From Bacteroidales bacterium (lineage in GTDB: Bacteria > Bacteroidota > Bacteroidia > Bacteroidales > JAYRGN01): 64,000 nt of DNA. Location: the NCBI GenBank assembly GCA_041907825.1, contig JAYRGN010000004.1:36814-100813 (forward strand), read 5' to 3'. This document shows positions 19,801 through 28,351 of this stretch, piece after piece. Position 1 is the stretch's first letter, and the number at the start of each line of letters is the position of its first letter. The notes beneath the pieces are model-generated. The model ran no database searches. It was given only the letters and a program-made list of their open reading frames with translations, and was not told the DNA's origin. Made by a program: the position numbers and the translations under genes.

Positions 19801-20578
19801 TTCCAAACGTCGTACAAAATCAGGTGTAAAAGCCGCTATTATCCGCGAAAAAGGAGTAAACGGCGACCGCGAAATGGCCTGGATGATGTATTTAGCCGGT
19901 TTCGATGTAAAAGATGTTCACATGACCGATCTCATCAGTGGTCGCGAAACGCTCGAAGACATCAACCTGATTGTTTATGTTGGAGGTTTCTCTAACTCAG
20001 ACGTTCTGGGTTCGGCAAAAGGCTGGGCCGGAGCTTTCCTTTATAACGAAAAAGCTAAGAAAGCACTCGACAATTTCTATGCCCGCCCCGACACCATGAG
20101 TCTTGGCGTTTGCAACGGTTGTCAGTTGGCTATCGAACTGGGATTGATTACTCCCGACCATACCGAAAAGCCAAAAATGCTGCACAATGCATCACATAAG
20201 TTCGAATCGGGCTTCCTTACGGTTGACATCCCTACCAATAATTCAATTATGTTGAGTACACTGTCTGGTTCTAAACTCGGAATTTGGGTTGCTCATGGCG
20301 AAGGTAAATTTCAACTTCCTTACGAAGAAAGCCGTTATAATGTAGCAATGAAATACAGTTATTCCGGTTACCCGGGAAATCCAAATGGTTCGGACTATAA
20401 CGTTGCCGGTCTTTGCTCTGACGATGGCCGCCATTTGGTAATGATGCCGCACCTCGAACGCGCCACCTATCCGTGGAACTGGGCTTATTACCCGGCAGAA
20501 CGCGCTAACGACGAAGTTTCACCATGGATTGAAGCTTTTGTTAATGCACTCAAATGGATTAAAAGGAACAAACAATAA
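16886..20578 (+). CDS. purL: Phosphoribosylformylglycinamidine synthase, single-chain large form
   Basis: 1230 aa. It has an N-terminal PurS-like region, AIR-synthase-like repeats ([25 protein letters not shown]) and a C-terminal glutaminase ([15 protein letters not shown]). Confidence 0.95.
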   Translation: [1230 protein letters not shown]

Positions 20579-20601
20579 GTGTAGTTTCTTTAACAAACAT
20601 C

Positions 20602-20637
20602 AAAAAGCCGTTCCGGAGAAACCCGAAACGGCTTTTT
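20602..20637 (+). terminator. purL intrinsic terminator
   Basis: aaaaagccgtt (20602-20612) pairs with aacggcttttt (20627-20637). Confidence 0.75.
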
Positions 20638-20675
20638 GATTATCAATGTTTCAGGCAATAGTTTAAAAAAGTTTC

Positions 20676-20921
20676 GTTTGCCGGGCTGCTGAGCAGAACT
20701 CAGCCAAATTCTGCTCGTTTGCCGGGCTGACGGGTTGCCCCAAGCTCAGTTCTTCTTATTTGCCGGGGAAACGACAAGAATTTTTGCTCCGGCAACTCAT
20801 TTGCCGGGCAAATAACGAGAACCGAACGCAGTTCTGTCCGTTTGCCGGGGAAACGACAAGAACTGAACGTGGTTCTGCTCGTCTGCCCGGCAAACGAGTT
20901 CCTTTTCTCCTTATTGTCAGA
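20676..20921. repeat. Degenerate 41-bp tandem repeat, about 6 units, each beginning (G/A)TTTGCCGGG
   Basis: Unit starts fall at 20676, 20717, 20758, 20799, 20840 and 20881 (the last is degenerate, GTCTGCCCGG), exactly 41 bp apart. Several units contain AGAAC-N8-GTTCT, and unit 1 contains GAGCAGAA-N10-TTCTGCTC. A 41-nt period is not a multiple of 3, so the array is not a coding repeat. Confidence 0.85.
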
Positions 20922-20945
20922 AAACCGGGGTTTGCAATAAATACC

Positions 20946-20953
20946 TACCTTTG
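20946..20953 (+). promoter_or_regulatory. Candidate -7 box TACCTTTG
   Basis: Matches TAnnTTTG, 21 bp upstream of the ATG at 20974. Confidence 0.45.
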
Positions 20954-20973
20954 TGCCCATAAACGCAAACACC

Positions 20974-21363
20974 ATGAAGAATTTCAAAAAACATTTTATT
21001 ATAAAAGCTGATCCACAGGATGTTTACGCCGCACTTACCAATCCATCGATTATTGAGATCTGGACGGGTGAAGATGTGGTAATGGAAGAGAAAGCGGGCA
21101 CCGAATTTTCGTGGTGGAACGGCGATATTTGCGGAAAAAATATTGAATTTGAAACCGGAAAAAAACTCGTACAGCGTTGGTATTTCGGAGATGAAGAAGA
21201 AGCTGAATCTATTGTTACCGTTAAATTTCATCCCGACAAGAAAGGTACCAGCATGGAAGTAAACCACACCAATATTCCCGACGAAGTATTTGATAATATA
21301 GCGGAAGGTTGGGAAGACGTTATTGCAGAAAGCCTGCGCGATTTGCTGGAAGAAGACGAATAA
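20974..21363 (+). CDS. SRPBCC superfamily protein (Aha1/activator-of-Hsp90-ATPase-like domain)
   Basis: Contains MKNFKKHFIIKADPQDVYAALTNPSIIEIWTGE...VTVKFHPDKKGTSMEVNHTNIPDE. The start was trimmed from 20953 because the -7 box lies inside the longer ORF. Confidence 0.75.
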   Translation: MKNFKKHFIIKADPQDVYAALTNPSIIEIWTGEDVVMEEKAGTEFSWWNGDICGKNIEFETGKKLVQRWYFGDEEEAESIVTVKFHPDKKGTSMEVNHTNIPDEVFDNIAEGWEDVIAESLRDLLEEDE

Positions 21364-21382
21364 ACGACCGTTCATCACATAA

Positions 21383-21432
21383 ACAAGAAGAGGAGATTGC
21401 ATGGTATGTTTGTTGCAATCTCCTCTTCTTGT
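21383..21432. terminator. Bidirectional hairpin terminator, 19-bp stem
   Basis: acaagaagaggagattgca (21383-21401) pairs with tgcaatctcctcttcttgt (21414-21432), followed by TTTTT. Confidence 0.8.
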
Positions 21433-21449
21433 TTTTTATCCACTTTCTT

Positions 21450-22559
21450 TTATTTGTCGACAGAAGATAAAACCGGAACAATGGTTCCTAACTGAAAAAC
21501 CGGAACGGTAGCTTTGTATATTTCTTTGCTTCCGTTTACAACAGCAATATCTGCATTTTCGGGAATGCGAACATAAAAACTATTCGTCACCCCACGCAAA
21601 GGATCAACTTGCTGACGACCCTGTGTGAGGTTTTTCATCTTATCGGCCAACGTTGAAAGCTTCAAATAAACCACCTTACTTCCGGTATGTCCATTTTCAG
21701 AAATTCCGGTAGCCGAGTCATAACGAAAAATTTCGGTCTGACTTGTTTTATCGGTAGCCGATGGTGTTACGTAGAAAACGCGACGACTCTTTTCAACATA
21801 CGTTTTTCCGATAAAAAGACTGAGATATTCAGCTTCAATCCGCTTCATTTCTTCCAATCCCGAGCGTAAGGCTTCGCCCGATGGGTTTACATTTTCGTAT
21901 TGCCACGAAACCAGTTTCGACCTTCGTTTGCGAAGTTTTGTAATTAACTGAGCAGCTTCGCGGGCTTTGTCGTCAGCATCTTTGGCTGCCACCACTTTTT
22001 TAGTAACCGGAACACGCACATAACCCGAATCGCGAAAAACTGTTTTGTAAAGCGTATCAATTTTTTCGCCTTCAAAATCGGAGATGGAGAGATCAAGAAA
22101 ATCAGGCACTACCGACTCCGCTTTTTTAGACTCTGCATCAAGCGAAACCACTTTTCCGGCATCAAGCGGATCGGCAACAAGACCTTTCAGCACCAGCTTA
22201 TTTAAAGCATCCGAATAATGAACATTTCCAGTAGGCTCTAACATGAAAATAGACTGAGGGTCGGGCTGACTTAACGCATTAACCTTTACAACAGCCACAT
22301 CATACGAGTCTGTTCCCTGAGTTGATGCATTTTCGATACCTAAATAACGGGTAGCGTAAGCGGCATAAGGGCCTGGAATAAAAACAGTGTGTGTTTGTTC
22401 TACAATTATCTGAAATGAAGTTACCGGCAGTTGGTAAAAAACATGACCTTCGCTAACAACATTATCGGAAGGGCCTACTTTTTTTACCACAAATGAGGGC
22501 GTGCTACAAGCCGTCATCAGGGCTACAAAAGCTAAGGCTGAAATAAGAACCTTCTTCAT
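21450..22559 (-). CDS. Hypothetical lipoprotein (possibly DUF4831 family)
   Basis: 369 aa with signal peptide and lipobox (ALMTAC). The family assignment is from memory of Bacteroidetes-specific lipoproteins and is weak. Confidence 0.65.
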   Translation of the reverse strand: MKKVLISALAFVALMTACSTPSFVVKKVGPSDNVVSEGHVFYQLPVTSFQIIVEQTHTVFIPGPYAAYATRYLGIENASTQGTDSYDVAVVKVNALSQPDPQSIFMLEPTGNVHYSDALNKLVLKGLVADPLDAGKVVSLDAESKKAESVVPDFLDLSISDFEGEKIDTLYKTVFRDSGYVRVPVTKKVVAAKDADDKAREAAQLITKLRKRRSKLVSWQYENVNPSGEALRSGLEEMKRIEAEYLSLFIGKTYVEKSRRVFYVTPSATDKTSQTEIFRYDSATGISENGHTGSKVVYLKLSTLADKMKNLTQGRQQVDPLRGVTNSFYVRIPENADIAVVNGSKEIYKATVPVFQLGTIVPVLSSVDK

Positions 22560-22713
22560 ATTGGGAATAATTTGTTGATTAATCGAGTCTTTTTATAATC
22601 CGACAAAATTAACGTGAATTATGCAGAATTATTTAACTCAACTACAATAAGATCGTATTTTGTTTTTTTAGAATACTAGTAAACAAGGTATTAGTATATC
22701 CGTTTAAACATTT

Positions 22714-24225
22714 TTAGCTTAAAAGAGAGCGAAAAGCTGCACCAAGATTGTCTGCCAGATCTGACGCAATCAAAGCTTCCTGCGAAGCACGCCGAGCCGA
22801 AATATCGCCGCTTAATCCATGCAGATAAACACCTAATAAACAAGCCTCTTCCGACTGATACCCCTGTGCCATCAAAGCAGCCAATATGCCGGTAAGAACA
22901 TCGCCACTGCCGCCGGTTGCCATTCCCGGATTTCCTGAAGAATTGAAATAGCAGCGACCTTCGGGTGTAACAGTTGCAGTATAAGCCCCTTTTAGCACTA
23001 CATATATATTATAGTGAGAAGCCAGCTCACGTGCTTTCTGCAACCGGACATAACTGTTTTCCGATGGTCCGCAAAGCCGCTCAAACTCTCCGGGATGCGG
23101 CGTTATGATCGTCCCCGGAATAAGTTTATCAAATAAATCAGACTTTTGAGCCAACAAATTGAGTGCATCAGCATCAATAATCATTGGTTTTTCATTGTAA
23201 TCAAGCATTTGCGCAAAAGCTTTGGCCGATTCTTCGTTCGTACCCAGCCCTGGGCCAATGGCTACAACCGAATACTTCGACACATCGGGAAAAGACGTAA
23301 AATGAGTTTCCGATGCATCGCAGTCGCACATTGCCTCAGGTACTGCTGTTTGCAAAACCGAATAATTACATTGCGGAGCATGAACGGTAAGTAATCCTAC
23401 GCCTGTTCTTAAACAAGCTTTAGCGGCTAAAACAGAAGCCCCTCCCATTCCCTTACTACCAGCTATAAGTAATGCATGTCCAAAATAACCTTTATGCGCA
23501 AAACGATTCCGATAACGAAGGATACTTCGTGCTTCATTTTTTAATATTTGATAATAGGGCGTTTGTGTATGTGTTATAGCCTGCTGGCTAAGTCCGATGT
23601 TAAGTAAAATCCATTTACCAACAAATTGCTCGTGTTCGGCAAAAAAAAACGAGAGGTATGGAAACTGAAATGTTAATGTATAATCGGCCCGAAATATAGT
23701 ACTACGGAATTCCCGGCAATTTTGCTCATCAAGCAGACCTGAGGGTATATCGATAGCTATTTTTTTTCCTCTCAGTTTATTAACTCGTGCAATACATGCA
23801 GCAACCAGACCTTCGATGGGCCGATTAAGTCCTGAACCAAACAAAGCATCAATCCAAATATCTGACGAACGCGTATGTGGCAGTTGTTCGATATCGGCAA
23901 TTGTTATAATCTCAGCTTTAGCCTGTTCGCGCAGACGAACAAGATTTATCGCAGCATCGCTACTCCACTTGTCTGAAGGATTACATAAAAATACAACGAC
24001 TTTGTAATTACGTTCAGCTAGCATACGAGCTATAGCCAAACCATCTCCACCGTTGTTGCCGCCTCCGACAAGAATATAAAATTGCTGAGAATGGTCGAAA
24101 CCGCCACTGAGCCATCCGCTGCATCGCCATGCTGCACGTTCCATTAAATCAATAGATTTCAATGGTTCATTTTCGATGGTAAAAATATCAATAGCTCTGC
24201 GATCAGTAGCCGAGAATATCTTCAT
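22714..24225 (-). CDS. nnr: Bifunctional NAD(P)H-hydrate repair enzyme (epimerase + ADP-dependent dehydratase)
   Basis: 503 aa. The N-terminal YjeF_N domain has VGGGNNGGDGLAIARML. The C-terminal carbohydrate-kinase domain has GPGLG and ATGGSGDVLTGI. Confidence 0.9.
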   Translation of the reverse strand: MKIFSATDRRAIDIFTIENEPLKSIDLMERAAWRCSGWLSGGFDHSQQFYILVGGGNNGGDGLAIARMLAERNYKVVVFLCNPSDKWSSDAAINLVRLREQAKAEIITIADIEQLPHTRSSDIWIDALFGSGLNRPIEGLVAACIARVNKLRGKKIAIDIPSGLLDEQNCREFRSTIFRADYTLTFQFPYLSFFFAEHEQFVGKWILLNIGLSQQAITHTQTPYYQILKNEARSILRYRNRFAHKGYFGHALLIAGSKGMGGASVLAAKACLRTGVGLLTVHAPQCNYSVLQTAVPEAMCDCDASETHFTSFPDVSKYSVVAIGPGLGTNEESAKAFAQMLDYNEKPMIIDADALNLLAQKSDLFDKLIPGTIITPHPGEFERLCGPSENSYVRLQKARELASHYNIYVVLKGAYTATVTPEGRCYFNSSGNPGMATGGSGDVLTGILAALMAQGYQSEEACLLGVYLHGLSGDISARRASQEALIASDLADNLGAAFRSLLS

Positions 24226-24512
24226 ATCTGTTAATCTAAAAGGGGTTTTTCATTATCACTATAAAAATTCTTGTAAAAGCTCAAAAAAAACAATAGTCTG
24301 ACATTCTTTCTGTTTAAAAACCGTAATTGTATCTATTTTTAGCACGGTTTTTATTAAAAATATATTTTTTCGTAGCCAAAGCGGCAATAATATGCCATAA
24401 GGAGTAAAATTAGTTCTTTTTTACCGAAAGCTGATTTTTACGGATAAAACACTAAAAGCCTTATCTGTTCGTAATTTATTTGAAAAGAAATAATTAGAGA
24501 TAAATATATACG

Positions 24513-26000
24513 ATGAATGTAACAAAAAAACATCCGAAAGGGCTTTACGTTCTGTTCTTTACGGAAATGTGGGAAAGGTTTAGTTATTACGGAATGAGGG
24601 CATTGCTGGTATTGTACCTTACTTCTAAAATGATAAACGGTGGGTTTGGCGAAAGCAGACAAAATGCGCTTGAATTGTATGCAATTTTTACTGGTCTGAT
24701 CTATCTGACACCGTTACTGGGGGGGTATTTGGCCGATAAAATACTGGGACAACGAAAAGCGATCTATATTGGTGCTTTTCTTATAGCACTAGGACAGTTT
24801 GTTATTGCAGCATCGGAATATGGAGGAATAGAATCGCGAATGTTTGTGCTGCAAACCGGACTAGGCATTCTCATTATGGGAAATGGTTTTTTTAAACCGA
24901 ATATCTCTACCGTTGTCGGAAAACTTTACTCAGAAAACGACCCACGAAAAGACTCTGCATTCACACTCTTTTACATGGGCATTAATTTAGGTGCATTTCT
25001 TTCTCCACTTATTGCCGGAACTTTGGGCGAAACAATTGGATGGGTTTATGGCTTTGGTTCAGCAGGAATTGGTATGTTAATCGGTATTATCTGGTTTTTT
25101 GCTGAATCAAAACATCTTGGGATAGCAGGACTCCCGCCTCAACGAGAATTCGATACAGACAAAAAACATCAGCTTACGGGCAAAGACCGGCTTGATATAG
25201 GAGTGTACATTGTAGCATGTATTGCTTTGGTTGTCGGTTTCTTAAAGTTTATTACCATTATTCCCGAAACAACCTGGTCTTTGATATTCAAAATTTTAGG
25301 CATTCTGGGTGCTATTGCTTTACTGTATGTAATAGCAAACAACACAAAGGGTAAGGAAGCATGGAGCAAGGTTGGCGTTATTTTTATTCTCTGTTTTTTC
25401 AACATCTTCTTTTGGGCCGGCTTTGAACAGGCTGGAGGTACTTTTAATCTTTTTGCTGCCGAAAATACCAATCGTATGACATTTTTTGGTGAAATTCCAG
25501 CTTCGGTGTTTCAATCGATTAATGCCATATTTATCATTGCTTTAGCACCAGTTCTTTCCGGCCTGTGGACATTTTTGGGAAACCGTAATAAAGATCCTCG
25601 CACTCCTGTAAAATTTGGAATAGCGCTACTTACGCTCGGAGCCGGATTTCTATTAATGAGCTTCGCCAGCAAACAAGCTGCAGGCGGACAGTTAGTTAGT
25701 CCTTTATGGCTCATAGGCGTTTACTTCTTTCACACAATAGGAGAACTAAGTCTCTCTCCTATTGGACTTTCAATGATTTCAAAACTCTCACCTCAAAATA
25801 TTGTGTCGGTAATGATGGGTGTTTGGTTTGCCAGCCTGGCACTTGCCGAATATATGGCCGGAATGCTTGAGTCTATTCTCCATAATTACCTACCACAAAT
25901 GCCTCTTTTTCATTTTCTTACCATAACTTCACTCTGTGCCGGAGTTATTCTGCTGGCCGTTTCACCATTACTGAATAAGATGATGAAAGGTATTCATTAA
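24513..26000 (+). CDS. Proton-dependent oligopeptide transporter (POT/PTR2 family MFS)
   Basis: 495 aa and multi-TM. Contains HPKGLYVLFFTEMWERFSYYGMRALLVLYL (PTR2 signature) and GNGFFKPNIS. Confidence 0.9.
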   Translation: MNVTKKHPKGLYVLFFTEMWERFSYYGMRALLVLYLTSKMINGGFGESRQNALELYAIFTGLIYLTPLLGGYLADKILGQRKAIYIGAFLIALGQFVIAASEYGGIESRMFVLQTGLGILIMGNGFFKPNISTVVGKLYSENDPRKDSAFTLFYMGINLGAFLSPLIAGTLGETIGWVYGFGSAGIGMLIGIIWFFAESKHLGIAGLPPQREFDTDKKHQLTGKDRLDIGVYIVACIALVVGFLKFITIIPETTWSLIFKILGILGAIALLYVIANNTKGKEAWSKVGVIFILCFFNIFFWAGFEQAGGTFNLFAAENTNRMTFFGEIPASVFQSINAIFIIALAPVLSGLWTFLGNRNKDPRTPVKFGIALLTLGAGFLLMSFASKQAAGGQLVSPLWLIGVYFFHTIGELSLSPIGLSMISKLSPQNIVSVMMGVWFASLALAEYMAGMLESILHNYLPQMPLFHFLTITSLCAGVILLAVSPLLNKMMKGIH

Positions 26001-26034
26001 TAATAATTTACATTTTTAAACATTAAAGTGTTTA

Positions 26035-26071
26035 ACATACGCTTATTTTTATAGTAAGCGTATGTTTTTTT
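26035..26071 (+). terminator. Intrinsic terminator of the POT transporter gene
   Basis: acatacgctta (26035-26045) pairs with taagcgtatgt (26055-26065), followed by a T-run. Confidence 0.75.
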
Positions 26072-26195
26072 ACCTACCTTCGCAACGATTTAGTGAAAAA
26101 CATTCTTTTTTTGTAAAAACAATTTTATGCTTAACGTATAAATTACGCTAACAATAACTATTTTTACAACACTTTAATACAAAGACAAAACCAAA

Positions 26196-28226
26196 ATGAA
26201 AAATGTAACCGAACTTGCTGCCGACAACATCCGTATTCTTGCGGCATCTATGGTAGAAAAAGCAAAATCAGGACACCCGGGCGGAGCCATGGGCGGAGCT
26301 GACTTTGTAAATATCCTTTACAGCGAATTTTTAAACTTCGACCCAACCGATATGACATGGGCTAATCGTGATCGATTCTTTCTCGACCCGGGTCACATGT
26401 CGCCCATGCTGTATTCTATCCTTGCTCTTTGCGGCAAGTTTTCAACGGACGAACTCAAAAACTTCCGTCAGTGGGGCTCTCCAACCCCGGGCCACCCCGA
26501 AGTTGACTTTGCCCGTGGCATCGAAAATACATCCGGCCCTCTTGGTCAGGGACACGTAATGGGTATTGGTGCTGCTATTGCCGAACGTTTTCTGGCTGCC
26601 CGCTTTGGAGAATGGATGAGCCATAAAACTTATGCGTACATCTCAGACGGTGGCGTTCAGGAAGAAATTTCGCAGGCAGCAGGACGTATTGCAGGTCATT
26701 TGGGCCTGAATAACCTTATCATGTTCTACGATTCCAATGACATACAGCTTTCGACAACGGTTAAAGAAGTAACCTGCGAAAATACAGCAATGAAGTATGA
26801 AGCTTGGGGTTGGCGTGTTTATACCATCAACGGTAACAGCGCTGACGAAATTCGTGCTGCTTTGAAAAAAGCGGTTGCCGAAAAAGAAAAGCCTGTACTT
26901 ATTATTGGTAAAACTGTAATGGGTAAAGGTGCCCGTAAAGCTGACGGTTCTTCGTTCGAAAATAACTGTGCAACACACGGAATGCCTCTTGGCGAAGCAG
27001 GTGCATCATACGAAAAATCGATTGAAAACTTAGGTGGAGACCCAACTAATCCGTTCGTAATCTTCCCTGAAGTTGCAGAATATTATCAGAATAAACTTCA
27101 GGAAAAAATCAAATATGCAGCCGAACGTAAAGCCGAACAACAAAAATGGGAAGCTGCAAATCCCGAACTTGCTGCTAAATGGCGCAAATTCTTCTCATGT
27201 TCTGCTCCTGAATTTGATTTCTCGCAAATAGCACAGAAAGAAGGTATTGCAACACGCGCAGCTTCTGCTACCGTATTAGGTTTCTTAGCCAAAAACATGG
27301 AAAACCTTATCGTTGCTTCTGCAGACCTTTCTAATAGCGACAAAACCGATGGCTTCCTGAAAAATACAAAAGCCATTACCAAAGACGATTTCAGTGGTGC
27401 TTTTCTTCAGGCTGGAGTTGCCGAACTTACTATGGCTGCTCTTTGTAATGGTATTACGCTCCATGGTGGTGTTTATGCTGCTTGCGGAACGTTCTTCGTT
27501 TTTAGCGACTACATGAAACCTGCACTCCGACTTTCGGCTCTGATGCAATTGCCTGTTAAATATATCTGGACACACGATGCTTTCCGCGTAGGCGAAGACG
27601 GTCCTACCCATCAGCCTATCGAACACGAGGCTCAGCTTCGTCTTATGGAACAGCTTAAAAATCATCATGGTAAGAACTCGACATTAGTTCTTCGCCCTGC
27701 CGATGCCATCGAAACAACGGTTGCATGGAAAATGGCTGTGGAAAATATCGAAACGCCTACAGCTCTTGTTCTTTCGCGCCAGAATATTAAAGATATTCCG
27801 GCAGCATCGGGCAATCGTTACAAAGAAGCATTGAATGCAGAAAAAGGTGCTTATGTAGTAAAAGAAACCAGTAATCCTGACGTTGTGTTAGTTGCAAGTG
27901 GCTCAGAAGTTTCGACTCTTATTGAAGGTGCGGCATTGCTCGAATCGCAAAAAGGATTGAAAGTACGTGTAGTTTCGGCTCCAAGTGCTGGATTGTTCCG
28001 CAATCAACCAGCTAGTTATCAGGAAGCCGTTTTACCTTCAAATGTTCCGACATTCGGACTTACAGCCGGTTTGCCTGCTGCATTAAGTACATTAGTTGGA
28101 GCTAACGGTAAAATTTTCGGTCTCGATCATTTTGGCTATTCTGCTCCAGCCAAAGTTTTGGACGAAAAATTCGGATTCACCGGACAGAATGTTTTTGAAC
28201 AGGTTGTTAGCTTACTTAAAAAGTAA
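26196..28226 (+). CDS. tkt: Transketolase
   Basis: 676 aa containing SGHPGGAMG, the TPP-binding motif ISDGGVQEEIS, and GEDGPTHQPIEH. Confidence 0.95.
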   Translation: MKNVTELAADNIRILAASMVEKAKSGHPGGAMGGADFVNILYSEFLNFDPTDMTWANRDRFFLDPGHMSPMLYSILALCGKFSTDELKNFRQWGSPTPGHPEVDFARGIENTSGPLGQGHVMGIGAAIAERFLAARFGEWMSHKTYAYISDGGVQEEISQAAGRIAGHLGLNNLIMFYDSNDIQLSTTVKEVTCENTAMKYEAWGWRVYTINGNSADEIRAALKKAVAEKEKPVLIIGKTVMGKGARKADGSSFENNCATHGMPLGEAGASYEKSIENLGGDPTNPFVIFPEVAEYYQNKLQEKIKYAAERKAEQQKWEAANPELAAKWRKFFSCSAPEFDFSQIAQKEGIATRAASATVLGFLAKNMENLIVASADLSNSDKTDGFLKNTKAITKDDFSGAFLQAGVAELTMAALCNGITLHGGVYAACGTFFVFSDYMKPALRLSALMQLPVKYIWTHDAFRVGEDGPTHQPIEHEAQLRLMEQLKNHHGKNSTLVLRPADAIETTVAWKMAVENIETPTALVLSRQNIKDIPAASGNRYKEALNAEKGAYVVKETSNPDVVLVASGSEVSTLIEGAALLESQKGLKVRVVSAPSAGLFRNQPASYQEAVLPSNVPTFGLTAGLPAALSTLVGANGKIFGLDHFGYSAPAKVLDEKFGFTGQNVFEQVVSLLKK

Positions 28227-28244
28227 ATTTTAATACCATACAGC

Positions 28245-28278
28245 AAAGTCCTGATAATTGATTTTATCAGGACTTTTT
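28245..28278 (+). terminator. tkt intrinsic terminator
   Basis: aaagtcctgata (28245-28256) pairs with tatcaggacttt (28265-28276), followed by a T-run. Confidence 0.7.
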
Positions 28279-28283
28279 CTTTT

Positions 28284-28331
28284 AAAGGAGAAAGGCTCTG
28301 AAATCGAATTATTTCAGAGCCTTTCTCCTTT
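28284..28331 (-). terminator. Hairpin downstream of hldD, 21-bp stem
   Basis: aaaggagaaaggctctgaaat (28284-28304) pairs with atttcagagcctttctccttt (28311-28331). Confidence 0.65.
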
Positions 28332-28351
28332 ATTGAATTGATAAACAATAG

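Noticed and set aside
20676-20921. Possible CRISPR array
   Set aside because: The period is only 41 bp and the conserved head is about 10-12 nt. The 'spacers' are related to one another, and no cas genes are present in the window. This is a degenerate tandem repeat, not a CRISPR array.
20700-21011. Two listed ORFs (95 aa on minus, 83 aa on plus) that cover the 41-bp repeat array and are rich in PGKR / LPGKR
   Set aside because: Their apparent repeats come from translating a 41-nt-period DNA repeat. That period is not a multiple of 3, so the frame drifts. The plus-strand ORF also runs through the -7 box and start of the SRPBCC gene. I treat both as non-coding artefacts.
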